A DNA stretch of 63,526 bases, the filler included, from Intoshia linei (lineage: Eukaryota; Animalia; Orthonectida), in the NCBI GenBank assembly GCA_001642005.1. It is 5 parts of 5 records of this genome, joined end to end, with 100 filler letters (N's around TTAATTAATTAA, not from the genome) between each part and the next. Parts side by side here need not be neighbours in the genome. Positions count along the whole stretch, not along the records: positions 1 to 16,581 come from LWCA01000853.1; 4 more parts are not named here. One strand, written 5' to 3'. The notes beneath the pieces were generated by a model. It saw only the letters and a list, made by a program, of their open reading frames with translations. It made no database searches and was not told the origin of the DNA. Shown here one piece after another: positions 1 through 13,788 of the stretch. The position numbers and the translations under genes are program-made. Each line of letters begins with the position of its first letter. The first letter of the stretch is position 1.

Positions 1-613
1 GTATCGTTCACGGATGTGAATAGTAACAATGGGACGTATTTTAGTAACGGTAGTAAATCCATAACTCTTTTGACACTGAGGACATTCTGCTATCAAAGTA
101 GCAATATCATTTTCCTTAATATTGTAAAATAAATTATCATTCAGCTGTTTGGTCTAGATAAAAATTCAAAAATTTGACAAAAGATTTCAATACCTTCTTG
201 ACTCCACAATGTCCGATTTTATGCAAACTAAGTATACATTCTCTCTTTAAATTTAGTTTGTCATAACACAATATCTTCAATTTTGAATTATCTACAAATA
301 CAATGCATACGTATGCAAAAATGAAAATTTACAAACCTTTCAAAAAAAATAATTCACCATTTTTCACAAAAAAATAAACAGACTTTTTCTTCAATCTGAA
401 CTTTTCATGTCTATCCATATTACATTCACTATTCCCTTCTAAATACTTTATCACTTTACGTTTTTTGTTACAATCGTTGAATTTAAAATTGGAAACCATA
501 CTATGAATGTAAGCGATAATTAGTTCTGATATGACAATAAAATTTATAAATATATATGAAACGAACTTTAAAAATGTTGCTTGCATGCGTCGTTCGTGTC
601 TTGCGACACGACA
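1..613 (-). mobile_element. Ginger/GIN-like (Gypsy-integrase-related) DNA transposon 5' end with a spliced transposase; runs off the window start
   Basis: ATG at 499. Exons 499-337, 291-194 and 153-1 join through GT-AG introns (336-292, 193-154) into an open frame: ...KFRLKKKSVYFFVKNGELFF...LHKIGHCGVKKTKQL...IAECPQCQK...IRPIVTIHIRERY. This is an H2C2 integrase zinc finger leading into the integrase core. A TGT-initiated terminus lies at 613. Confidence 0.7.
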
Positions 614-1161
614 ATATGTAATTTAAATTTGTTGATAAACACGAATACTTTAATTTTAATACTTTTAACTGGTGGCCTCATGCCACCCGCGGCCGTTTTC
701 CCCATATATGTTAAAAACGAAACTAGCAAAGTTTACCACTACATGCACTTTATACATTAAAAATAAAAAATGGACATGTGTACTAATTATCATTTTAAAC
801 GCATTCCTAATACAATGTAATTTAAATAAAATTAAAAAATTTGCAATAAAGACTAAAAATATGTATTGATTATTATGAATCATTATAAACAATTAAATAA
901 ATTATAAAGAAAAACTAGAAAATATAATGAGAACAAAATTTACACAGTATTGATTTTATTCGATTTTTCTCATTGTGACAACAATATTTAAATTTTTCTT
1001 AGAAAATTTTGGCTTCTAAGATTAAATATAAAAAAACTTGTGGTCTATTTATTAAACATGGACTAGATTTAGAATTTGAGTTTATAATTATGAGTTTATT
1101 GTAAAAAAATTGTTTCAGCTGAAATAAATATTCAAAATAAACAAAATTTAATAAAATCTTT

Positions 1162-4100
1162 ATGAAAAATCCAAAACTCCGTATTAAATCTGGAAACGGT
1201 AACACTATATAAAATTACATAAAAGATAAACTTTATAGAGCATACATTTTTAGTATTATTGGTTTATTTGTAAACAGTTTCAAAAAGTACCCAATTTTTT
1301 TGAATTTTTGGGTCATGAGATTCAATGTAACATGATTGTTCTAATTATTTATTTTAGATACTGCTAGATTCGATAATTATATTATGAATGATAATAGAAC
1401 CTCTAGTGGTACGCGTTTCGGGAGACACGGCGAAAAACCAACTCATATTACCAATAATAATAAAGGAGATGAATATGAATCTGGTAACATTTGGGAGGGA
1501 AGACCGCGTACTAAAACACTCAAAAGCAAATACCAAACTCAAAATTGTGAATACAAAACAGAATCTCGACTTTCTAAAAAAATTAAAAATAAAAATAATG
1601 ATAAAATTAAAAAACACAAAAAATCAAATAAACATGTCATTACCGCGAATATAAGTGGTTCTAGATATGAAATAAGTACATTTAATTAATATTCATTTAA
1701 TTTCAATTTTAGTTAAAACCGTTATGCAAGATAATGAGTTTCAGTTTTCTAATGAAACAGATTGGTTACATTTCTTTATTTACATTTTAAACCCATTTTA
1801 GCGATATCTTTTGGTTTGATGGCGCAATGTCTATTGATAAATTAAATGATCTCAAGTCTTTTCAAAAAATTAATCATTTTCCAGCAATGAATGAAATTTC
1901 CCGCAAAGATAATCTCGCCAGAAACATAAGCAGGTAACTTATAGTGCATAGTACAGTGTATTTATGTAACTGTATAATGTTAATTTTTTCCAAGTCTATT
2001 TTTTTGTAAATATTTACGTTTGTACCTGTGCGGCACCTGAGTCCGTGTTATTATCCAGTGTTTTTGGACCCTTTTCAGAAATATTTTATTATTTTGTTTA
2101 AATGTATAATAATTTAATTTTTATAATTTTAAAGAATGATCAAATATAACAAAGACGAATTTTCATTTATTCCTAAAACATGGATATTTCCCGCGGATTA
2201 TAGTAGTTTTCAAAATTATGTTAAACTTAATAAAAAAAAACGCCGATATTTCATAACCAAACCACTTAATGGAGCAATGGGAAATGGGTAAAATATAATA
2301 ATATATTAATTATTCTTTATATGTATACAGATTTATGGTTAAATGGTTAATTTGTGGCCCGCGCTTGGTAGGTGTGCGATTATTTTTTGTTTTATAAGGT
2401 AATAACTTTTATTTAAATGATTATTTGGAATTGGTTAAATTCAATTTTATAACTTAGTCTTTTATTTATTATTATAATTTAAGTGGTGGATCCAGAGACG
2501 AACCTACTAAGTTCATTATCATTATAACTACATGTAACTATAATATTCAAGAATATAATTTTTTTAATGCTCAGTTTGGAAAAATGAAGCCCTATTTTGC
2601 AAAAAATTTAAAGGGAATAATCGAATAGGGTCTTGGTACGGTAGGTTTGGCTCTAGGTGGATCCGCAAATTTAGATAGTTTTATTTGATACAACTTTCAT
2701 CAAAATTCACAAATAAATTTAAATTGACACAAAAGTAGTTGAGTAAATGTACATTTATCCTTCAAAATGTGACAAATGTAGAGCATTTCTTTAGAGTAGA
2801 GTCTACATTGTATTATACAATAAATAAATAACACAAATAAAAATGTAAATGATTTTTTCATAAAAAAATAAATACAACGTGTACGAAATGGTATTTTTGT
2901 CCATGTGAATTATAATATTTTTGTAAAAATACTTTACTATGAATGTTGACAATTTTCTAGTCTAGTTAAGATGACAAAAACATAACCAAACACATGAAAG
3001 GTTGAAAACTAAACATATAGTGTGCTATTTAAAGTATTTTTTATAAAATAAATAGTAAATAATATAATTTGTTTATTAAAGCTTAATTAAACAAATTAAT
3101 TAATCGATTAATGGTTAAACGTACATTAATATACATTAAATATAAAATTAATGATTTATACATTTGTGTAACATAGATGCCCATTAAAAAAATTTTAAAT
3201 ACCACATTTTAGAACAGGTATCAACCATGGTCCTTTATTTTTTTAAATATTTTATCTACGGATCGGAATTTGGGACCGCTGGCTAACCGTTGGTTCATGT
3301 TCTTACTTTTATGAAGTAAACGTTGCTGAAAATGTGTTGTCTTTGTACTTCCATTTATTGCAAAAGCTGACAGACTGTCAGTAACAGTCACATAAATTTA
3401 AAAACAACAAATCCACGTCAACTTTTTCTGGTGCAGAAATTAAGATAAATTTCAAATTTAAATATCATTAAATGGCAGCTTTAAAACATAAACCACCAAT
3501 TACACTTTTTTTAATATGTATATTAGGGTGTCCACTTTTTTTTATTAGGAAAACTCATTTCCATGTGAATTACTTTTTGATTTTAAGCATTTATCGAAAT
3601 ATTAAAAATGATATTAATTAATTGTACAAAAACAGTGTTTTTTATGTTCAAAGTTTTTTTTCTAATTCAAATTTTAAACCATTTGAGCTAGGAAATTTTT
3701 GCTACCATAGTTATATAAAGTTTTTTCAAATTTAAGTTGATTATTTTTTTGGTGCCAAATCTAATTTGGCTGAATTAAGGGGTGCCAAGTGGAATAAGGT
3801 TAAGAAACAATGTTGTATTTGTTTAATAACAATGCATTGAACGGGGTTTTGAATTAATTTATTGAAATCAAGCAGTTTCAATCACGGAAACAAAGTGTAT
3901 TAATCATACATTTGAATGTAATTATTTAAAAAAAATTTATAGAATCAAGTTGACGAAAAATATAGATAGACATCAATATAATGATGGTGGAATAGTGCAA
4001 GAATATATTGAAAAACCATTTCTAGTAGATGGCTACAAGTAATGCTAAATATTTATTTTGGATTATACATTTTTCTAATATAATAATGACATATATAGAA

Positions 4101-7100
4101 AATAAGCTCCGCTTAATTTGCTGCATATATGATATTAATATTTTTATCTTAAATAACCCCCACTTCTTGAAGTTTAAAGATTTCATTTTATGATTTCTCA
4201 GTTAGTTTATTGAAATTTTTAATAATCCGTTGTGTTAATAAATTAAATACAGTCGATTCTCTCTATTTTAAAAATTGAATTTCGTTTAAATTGAGAAACA
4301 TTTTAATATAACCATTTATTTTATTAGAAAATTATAGTTTACTAGCTTGGCAGTTTTGTACTACGTACAAACAGTACCTAGCTCTGCCGAGGGCACTCGT
4401 TTATTATACCAAAAAAATATATTCACGTTAAAAATCTAACTTAAAAATCCTACTATTAACTATTATCAATCCTTTAAAGAAGTGATTCCCAAATTTGTTT
4501 TAGGTGGAACCGTCATATCACATTACTTTTTACTTTAAAGTGAATTATTCCATCTTAATTTTGTTTTGTTAACATTTGCGTAAAGAATTTTAAAAACAAA
4601 TTATTATCCCATTTTTTTAATTTATTAAACAGAATGTGTATAATATTAAAAATAAAGTAAAAACAGTCCAATCCTAAAAATTGTTATAAATAGCATAAAT
4701 TCCAGAAAAAATAAAATTATAAAAACCTATTTTGTCATTTTGAGTGTGATGATATATATTCATTACCAATTTAATAAATACTTATAAATACCAATTGTGT
4801 ATCAATAATTAATATAATCTTCACTTTATAAATATTTCAGTCGAAATTTAACATTATTGCAAAGGATTGTAATATAAAAATGAGATTAACAAAGTTTTTT
4901 TAGTTTCGTTGTTTAGTTTCTTATTTAAATTTGAATGTGTTAATAAAAATGTTTTAAAAAAGAATATGAATTTATTTATAGGTTGATATAGATACAGTAT
5001 GAATATACTACTTAGATTTTCACCCATATGTTTTTATTGGAAATGTGTAGACATACATAGCACATTTTTTTTGAAAAATATTGGTTGATAATATATTAAA
5101 AATTATTTTTCACCGGGAATGCGTAGATTTCTCGGGTTGAACTTATGTATTTATATCAACTGGAATAAACTCTATCAAAATAATTTTTTTTTAAATTTTT
5201 CGGACTGTTAATTATTTCACATTTATTGTTTTAGTAAAATGATTCGGAAAAAAATATATGAATGCTAAAATGCTTTTTTGACCGTGAAGTCGTCACTTAT
5301 TCGGATTGAAATTTTTTATGTTATTAACATGATACAACTGTGCCACCTGTAAATTTTTTGAAATTCTTTAACTCGTTTAATTTTCAAAAAGAGAGACAAC
5401 AGGGGTTTTTAACCCTTAAGATGTGGAATTGGGAGGTTGAAATTTATCTTATTATACGTCCCAGAAAAAACTGTAATTGAAATGTGGTCTTTAAAAACTT
5501 CTAAGAGTGCTAGTTATTTCGTTAAAGTAGGACACACACACAAACAAAAATCGCACAAATTTGTCTGGTTGCACAACAAAAAGTTGGAAATTGTCTATTA
5601 ATGTAATTTAATTTTAAAATTAGAAAATCAAACAGTTCAAATTTGTATGAAACTATTATGTATTTTAAATTAAAGAGAATCAATTTATGATAAATTTTAT
5701 CTGAATTTATAAAACTTTTAAAAATGTCGAATATTGAAATGATTTCATCATTTTAAAGTTTACAAAAAATATCCGAAATATTTTCATATTTTGTTGAATC
5801 AACGGTATAATAATGACTATTTAACCTTGTGAAAGATTATTTTCGACATTAATTTATGTTTTTAAATTAACTATTAAAGTTGACAATATATGTTAAAAAA
5901 CTATAAACAAATCCTACAATTTTCTATGTAAAAAAATATAAATAGTATTGTAACGATGTAAATGCAAATATAATAGTGTAAAATACTTTAATCAATAATT
6001 TAAATATATTTTTCAGACTTGTTGATCGATATTAAGTTGCAGTGTTTTTATCGATTTAAGTCCAAATCAAATGTATTTTAATTTAAGTAATGTGGCTAGT
6101 ATTTACGGTAATAAAATATTCACAATGGTAAGGAATTAAATTTAATCATTTTTAAATAAGTTTTAATCTTAATATTATAAACTTAACAAAATTATTTTTT
6201 TACAATCGTACTTAAAAAATATTTGAGTATAAGCATTTAAAATATTTTGACCCAGTTCATATAAATTCATGTCTTTTTTTGAAATTATTATAAATAAAAA
6301 TAAAAATAAGTAATAATAAAAAAGAAAATAATTGTTAAATGAATAATAAAAAATAAAATGTTAAAAAAATGTTAAAAAAACAGTAAAAGGTAAAGACGTG
6401 GGAGTTTTTGGTGACGAAAATAAAAAATTTTATATCATTCTGCAGTAAATTAGATGGAGATTATTATCTATATATGTCTTTTTTAAATTTCAAAAAAAGT
6501 TCTAATTGGAATACCCTAGTATACAATAATGATTATAATCATTTTATGAGGTTATATTATTTTTTATTTATTTTATTTTTTGATTTGTTAATGGAATTAA
6601 TTATTGCGGTAGTTTCCAAATAAAAAGTATTGCATCCTATTTTGATCACACTGAATTTGTAGAATTTATCATTCCATTAATTCTTACATAATAATAAGTT
6701 TTTACCGGACGGTTTTCCAGTATCACATGCACATTAAATTTTATCAAAAGATAGCATTTTGTCATCATTGAAAAAAATATATTACAGTAAAAACTCCGTT
6801 ATTCGCCTAATATTTCAAATCTCCATTTTGGGATGGACGTAGGTTACACTGTACATCAATGTTTCCCAACCTGGGCGACATCGCCCTGTAGTGGGCGATT
6901 TCATTTTTTTCAACAAATTAATTAATTAATTTATCAAATAAAAAAAAATTGAATTAAATTGAACGATAATTAATTTATTAAGAATTTGACAATATAAGTT
7001 ATTTAACACCAATTATCTGTGTAGTAAGTATGTTGCCTTGTATATTTTAATAAAATTTAGTTATACCTGCTTCCAAAAAATATGTTCTTGAATATTCTAC

Positions 7101-10100
7101 CAATTATTTAAAATTTTATTTTTACTGGGCGATAAAAATAATATATTTAATAAAATTCTAAAAAATGGGCGATAACGCAAAATGGGTTGGGAAACACTGC
7201 TGTACATTATAAATATTTAAATATTAAAATATTCATGACAAAAATAATTTTTAAATTTATAGTCACGTGTCCACCAAACTCCTTAATGAGCGGAGCAGAT
7301 AAGCTTAATATAAAAAATCTACTCGTCTCAAACAAATTTTAGTCGCCTATTAAAAATTTTATTTTTCCAATTAATATCGGAATTCAAAAAGTGAAAAGTT
7401 TGTAATAATTTCGATAATATGTGATAAATCGTAGGATTATAAAGACGCAATATCACTATTTTTCTCTTTAATTATAATTATTATATATGAGACAAATGGA
7501 TTTTAAAAAATGCAATTCCAGCATATTTAATCCGCAGTCCTCTTTTAGTGACACTGTTACATTCATAAAATAAATGAAATATTTTTATTAAAAACTTTAG
7601 ATGTGATTTACGATTATACGTAATGATAACTTCTTGTGATCCATTAAGGATATTTTTATATAATGATGGTTTGCTTCGATTGAGTACTGAAAAATATTCC
7701 CCACCAAATGAAAGCAATATGGTAAACATGCATTATAATAATTTACAGTGTAAATTTTACACTAATATAAAGTGATCAGAAAAATACGTACTATCACTTT
7801 TAGTTTATTTGGAATAAATTTTAAGTCGAAAATTTTTATTCGTCATCATTAATAAGTAGTTTTGGCTTTACATTTAACACCAAATAAACTAAAATTGATA
7901 GTACGTATTTTTTCTGGCCACTTTAACTAATACATTACATCAGTGATTCTCAAACTTTTTTAACACAGCACACATTTAGACTTAATAAAAATTTTGGCGG
8001 GCACCATGTATAATATATTAAAAGTGTAAAAGTTTAAGAATATTCTCATTTCTTCTTCGACATATTTAATTATTTGTCTTTTTTTATGAGTAATATTAAC
8101 AAGGGTTGAAAATCGTTTAAAAATTATTTTAGATGTCTCAGCGTACACTAGAATTTTCTAAGGGCGCACAAGTGCGCGCTGGTGTACCTATTGAGAATCA
8201 CTGCATTACATTGTCAATAATGAATTGTTATTATTCATGTATTTAGGATTCTGTATATATGCATCTCACTAATTATTCAATAAATAGACATAGCGAAAAT
8301 TACAATCGGAGTTCTTCGATGGAAACTGGTAGCAAACGCAGTCTTTTGTTTTTTAACAAGTAATGGTTATACGCAATTTAATACTAAAATTTGGTTGATT
8401 ATTCTATGAGAATCATTTGATTGTTGTTTATTTTCATGGTTTCCTCAACTAAATATACTAGTGCTATATATTATATACTTTATAATAATAAATGTACAAT
8501 AATTGTATATGGATAATTTAGATATTTAATGAAACAAGGATATGATAATAAGGCAGTCTGGCGCAATATAAGTGATTTAATTGTAAAAACCATGATATTA
8601 GGTACGTATATTCTTCTTAACATCTATAATGAAAATATTTATTAGTTCACCCACATTTATTTCACGCATACCGACTATACCGACCGTGTCAGTCGCCAGA
8701 GTTAGATTCCGTTTGTTTTGAAATATTGGGATTTGACATTATTTTGGACAGAAAATTAACCCCATGGCTCCTTGAAGTTAATAGATCTCCCAGCTTTAAT
8801 GTCGATGAAAAATTGGATAATGTAATAAAGTATGGTCTTATCGAAGATGCATTAAAACTAATTCGCATGAAGTAATATATTAATTTTAATTAGTTTTAAT
8901 GTCCTTTAGACATTTTGATAAACGTAAAGAAATGGCTACACAAAAAGCTCTAATTCAAAAGAGACTATTTAAACACCAAAAAAGGTATAATAATGAAATT
9001 CACGACAGATTAGATAAAGCAAAGGAAGCTAGAAGAAACGATTTGGTAATTTCAAGACGAAATAATTTTGTTTTTTGAAGAGACTTTATTTATTTTAAAA
9101 GTGATTAAAATATAAACCATTGTTTAGCAGGATTTGTTAATACGCATTAGAAAAGATGCTGAACGCGATGAATGGGAATTAGAAAATAGTGGAAGATTTA
9201 CTAGAATATTTCCACCTAATGACAGATTCAAAAAAGAAAAATATACCAATTTAATTATTCAAGTATTTAAAATATTCTTCCATGGCAGATCAAAAGGACT
9301 ACAGAATGAAATTGAACGTATATATTCAAATAGTTTAAGTGTAATTTCTTTTGCTATTAATTTTGATTTATATATTTTAACTAGTCTATATTCTTCATAT
9401 TTTAAATAGGAAGAAGATTTAGTCGAAATGCTATCAAAATTTGACGAAGAAAATAAAATTGGGAAAAAGAATATTAAATTTAAAGTAAATACAGTTTGTC
9501 CCCTCATTAGTGAACCATATCATATACATATAGAATATTCACATTTTTACCAAAATACACTTTATTATAATATAATAATAAACATAAAAATGTTCTACAA
9601 AAATTATCTAGATAATTGTTTAGTATAGTATAAAGTTTATAAGCAGTAATTCTCAAACTGGGGTGCGTTTCAAATTTTAACATTTTTGTTTAAAACTCCT
9701 TATTAGTTTTTTTAGTTTGACTGCTATGTACTTCGTATAAACAGTAGCTAGCTCTTTCGAAGACCAATTTTTTAATTGATTATAGACAATTAGTGTATAA
9801 TATTAAAAACAATCAAATTATAGTTAAAGCCATAAAAAATCGTCATAAATAACATGACTGCCAGAAAAGTTAAAATTTTTAATACCTATAATATATACAT
9901 TTTTCTTCTATCATGAATTTCGGATATAGTAATGTTACCAACATGAAATAATTTATTTCAAATTTCAAAATTATATTAACATAGTTATATTTAAGTCTTA
10001 AGTTAAGACGTAAGTTATTATTATAATTAAGAATTATAGATTATAGATTTTTAGATTTGTGGATGAGATGGAATAAGCTGTATCAGAATAATATTTATTT

Positions 10101-13100
10101 AAATTCTAGCACTGCGGTGTATTAGTTATAGAATATTTTTTTTTTAATATAATAGTTATTAAATAAAAAAATGAATACTAAATTGCTTTTTTGATCATGA
10201 AGTCGTCATTTTGTGAGATTTTTTGTGTATGTTAATTTGATATTGTATTTTTGTAATACCTGTTATTTTTTTTACATTCTAGGATTCTTTTAATTTTAAA
10301 AAAAAAGTAATCTGGGGTTTTGATAGTGAAAATGTTGCTAAAATTACTTTTTTAAGGTTGCGATTTATGATAATACTTTTGTACTAATGCTTTTAAAAAT
10401 TGTATCAAAATTTATGTTTAATAAAATTCTTTGAAATGTTTAATAAAATACTTTTTTAATTTTTAAAAAAAGTTAATTTTAAATAAATTTTTAAAATTTG
10501 TGGTTTTGACTAGAGCCGTCTTAAGCCACTTCGGGATCCTGGGCTAAGCAAAGGGCCGGGCCCTTTACAATTTTGAGCGAAGCGATAAAAAAATTAGGAC
10601 CCCTGTTTAGAAAACAGGGCATACTGTTGGTTGGAGACTTAGAATTTTATTTTATTGAGTATTAATAAAAGCATTAAAAGATATTATGTAGGTTTCTAAT
10701 AACTTTTATTTCTTTTACAAAAACCTACTTACATTACTTAATGAACAAAGTTTACTTTTTCATTTCAATACTACTTTATTTTTTGAGTATTTAGTTTTTA
10801 GAAAGGTTGTAATCCTCATTTTAAATAGTTTTTTTGTCAATATTATTTTTAATTCTGTATTGTCCAATTATCATGAAAGTTTGATTATATAAACAGTTGA
10901 AAATTAATAAGAGAAAATCAAAGATTTCCTAAATGCTTTTTTGAATATTCACTTAAATAGAAAGTTTTTAATGTTAAATATTATCATTTGAAACAATTTT
11001 TATGTCGATATTCTATGATGAACATTGTAGAATATTAAATAAATGAATTCCCACACTTCAAAACTTATAAACTGATTCTTAAGATATAAATGTGAAGTAT
11101 TTTTTAATAAATTGGGGCTTCTTTTTAAGATATAAATGTAAAGTACTTTTATTAATTTGGAGGCCTTTTTTAATGAGGGGCCCTGGGCTACAGCCCATAT
11201 TGCACATGCCTTAAAACGGCTCTGGTTTCGACAATGAAGCCGTAAGTTTAATTGGCTGAGATTTACGATATTTTCAATGATTTTAAAACGCGTCAAAGAA
11301 TTTATGTTTTTTTAATTTTTTGGATTGATTATATTTCAAAAAAGATAAAGGATTTTTGACACTGAAGGACTCAATTTCGCAAAATTAAACTTGGATAAAA
11401 ACATTACCCGCGAAAAACTAATAGAAATTAGGTTTTTTTAATTCTACGACTGTTAATTTTTTAAATAAACGGTAACAGACATTCAATTTTATATAAGTAA
11501 ATGATAAAATTCTAAATAAATAAACTAAATAATAAATATTAATAAATTAAATTAAAATTAACTTTATTTTAGATTTAACTTTAAAATTTAAAAACGTATT
11601 GTACCAAGGTTGTGAATAAAGTTTGATTTCACAAAATATAAAGTTATTGTATTGTGAAAATATCAAATTAATTTTTTAACCTCAAAGATGAAAATTTGAT
11701 AAATTCAAATTAAACTTTTTGAACAATTAATTAAAAACTTAACTAATTTTTTGTAATAATAAACTACAGTACTTGTTTGATTCCATATTATGATTTAACC
11801 ATATTGACAAGTTTCATCTTCATTATTTAATGAATTATCGGTAAGGAATTATAAGAAAAAAAATATTATTGTACGACGAATATCTATTAATTAGGTAGTA
11901 ATATTTTTGGTGGACATTAAACCTTGGTTTTATATGTGGCAATTTAAAGTTTAGACGACCGTGATATATAAAGTTGTATTTGGTAAAAATATTCAAATTG
12001 ATGTAAATTTTTGATTAATTATAATATTAGAACCATTTTGATAATTTTACTCACCCAAAAATCAGCACACCTAGTATTTCAAGAGCTCATGCATTAAGAT
12101 CAATATATATAAACGAAAATCGACTAAAAAAATTCAAAAGTATGGTAATGACTAAGAACTACACCAATTCATTCAAATATAAATTTGCTGATAACGCTGA
12201 TTGTGAAGTAAAAATATTATGTATATTTGTAATTGACACCAGTTTGGGAAAATTTTTTTAACAGTATAAAAATAAGTAAGTTTCAAAAAATATTAATCTT
12301 AATCAATTTTAATAATTAAAATTTCATCATTATTGAAGAGCATAGTTGATAATTATTTATTTAATTCACCAAACTGGCTTTATAATTGTAACAAAAAAAA
12401 TTAAATAATTAAATATTTAGCAATCTGTTTCAGTAAATAAAGGGAAACATGAAATATATAAATCTCTTTTGTGTGAATTAAATAAATTTCAAATAAAATT
12501 TCCCGGAAAAACAGATCAAGATGCTCAGAAAATTTTACAAAATGTAATCAATTTTTAATTCAACATTATAAACATTAGATTTACACAAATTGGAAATTTC
12601 ACAAATCACGTGTAGCTTCCTACTGGCTCGTAAAATTGGATAATTTTCGACGTAAAAAGGTTAACATTTAATGCAAATTTTTCATAAAATTTTAGATTCT
12701 CTCCATTGTAAATAGTAACATTAATTCACTTCTCTATTCAAGTAATTTTTTTATCCATGTTAATCTTGTCAATATAATGTTCTAAAGGGTTTCATCCTTA
12801 GTTTCATCAAATGGGTTGGAAAGTTTTTAACTTTCGAAATTATTGATCTGGAGGTCGATTTTTGACAATTATTCGATGCTGTTGAATAATTTATGTTGGA
12901 AATATTTTTAAGAATTAGCTATTTATTAATTGACCATTCAAATATTAGATAATATATTTTTTAATATTTCATTGGGTGAATACGATGCGTCGAAAATAAT
13001 CATTTTTATCACATTTTTTATCATATTTTTTATATTTAACATTTTTATAGCAACACCACCGCAATCAATTGAATTTAATAGACTATCAAGAATATTTGAA

Positions 13101-13788
13101 AGACTTTTTTGTCAATTATCTTCTGCTAAAGGACACGGGTTATGGGATTGCTTTAAAATAACCGGGTTTACTTTACTTTTAAATTATTTTAATAATCTGC
13201 ATCAGTGGACACAATATGCCAATATATATTTTATATATAACTTACAATAAAAAATAAAAAAATAAGCCTCATTTAAAAATAACGCAAACGAAGCGTAATT
13301 CCATGTAGCCCCGGCTACCTCTCCTTGTTTCGGGACTTGACCGTAAAGATTTAAACTGAACATAAAATAAAGATATGATAAAGTACTTATGATATTCAAA
13401 AATTCCTTCGAGGTCCAGGATACTGTGGGTTCGGCTCTAACTTTTAATACTCATCAATTTTAATCAGCGACAAATTTTAATATAGAAAGGCAATAATTAT
13501 TTAAATTTAAATTTAGAAGTTCTTGGGAAGTGATATTTGGGAAAACAAGTGATAATTTGGTAATGAAAATTAATGAATACAAGTATTTGATTATTTTAGT
13601 CTACCATTGAATTAAATATATGCAGGAGAATAGTACAATTATGTCGAGACTGTTTATTGATTGTTTACCAATTTGCAACTCAAACCCTTGATGATAATAA
13701 TACCTCAAATCATAGTTTTATTACAGTCAGACGTCAAAAACTTGAACCAAATTTTAACGAAAAATCCACCGATTATTATTTGTATTAA
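1162..13788 (+). CDS. TTLL7: Tubulin polyglutamylase TTLL7 (multi-exon)
   Basis: Spliced exons give VITANISGSRYEI, QKINHFPAMNEISRKDNLARN, FIPKTWIFPADY, KPLNGAMGNG, VQEYIEKPFLVDGYK, DLRLYVMITSCDPLRIFLYNDGL, MHLTNYSIN, CFEILGFDIILDRKLTPWLLEVNRSPSF, and the TTLL7-type C-terminus VASYWLVKLD...GHGLWDCF...SSWEVIF...CRRIVQLCRDCLLIVYQFA. Stop at 13786-13788. The start exon (1162-1198) is less certain. Confidence 0.93.
2482..2670. mobile_element. Degenerate MITE with (C)AGTGGCGGATCC-type ends in a TTLL7 intron
   Basis: Imperfect inverted ends gtggtggatccagagacgaacctac / gtaggtttggctctaggtggatccgc. Related end sequence near 13410-13440 and 22440-22470. Confidence 0.45.
4342..5554 (-). mobile_element. 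Non-autonomous Helitron copy in a TTLL7 intron
   Basis: 3' end CTAG preceded by the TTTGTAC-GTA-GTACAAA hairpin on the minus strand. Body homologous to 57549-58631. Confidence 0.8.
6857..7199. mobile_element. hAT-type MITE
   Basis: TIR CA(A/G)TGTTTCCCAACC, with a perfect 8-bp TSD CTGTACAT at 6849-6856 and 7200-7207. Confidence 0.9.
7770..7923. mobile_element. Tc1/mariner-type MITE
   Basis: About 45-bp imperfect TIRs (aagtgatcagaaaaatacgtactatca...tttagtttatttgg) flanked by TA on both sides. Confidence 0.75.
7941..8203. mobile_element. hAT-type MITE
   Basis: TIR CAGTGATTCTCAA, with a perfect 8-bp TSD CATTACAT at 7933-7940 and 8204-8211. Confidence 0.9.
9712..11504 (-). mobile_element. Diverged Helitron-family copy (second subfamily) carrying a nested hAT MITE
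   Basis: Degenerate 3' hairpin end at about 9712-9755. 5' end ...tatataagtaaatga at 11504. Internal blocks shared with the other copies. Confidence 0.6.
10511..11224. mobile_element. hAT-type non-autonomous element nested in the Helitron
   Basis: TIR (T/C)AGAGCCGT(C/T)TTAAG; 8-bp TSD GTTTTGAC/GTTTCGAC with one mismatch; GC-rich subterminal GGGCCC motifs. Confidence 0.8.

Noticed and set aside
2020-2080. GC-richer patch in a TTLL7 intron as an snRNA or spliced-leader RNA
   Set aside because: No convincing match to U snRNA, RNase P/MRP or SL RNA architecture.
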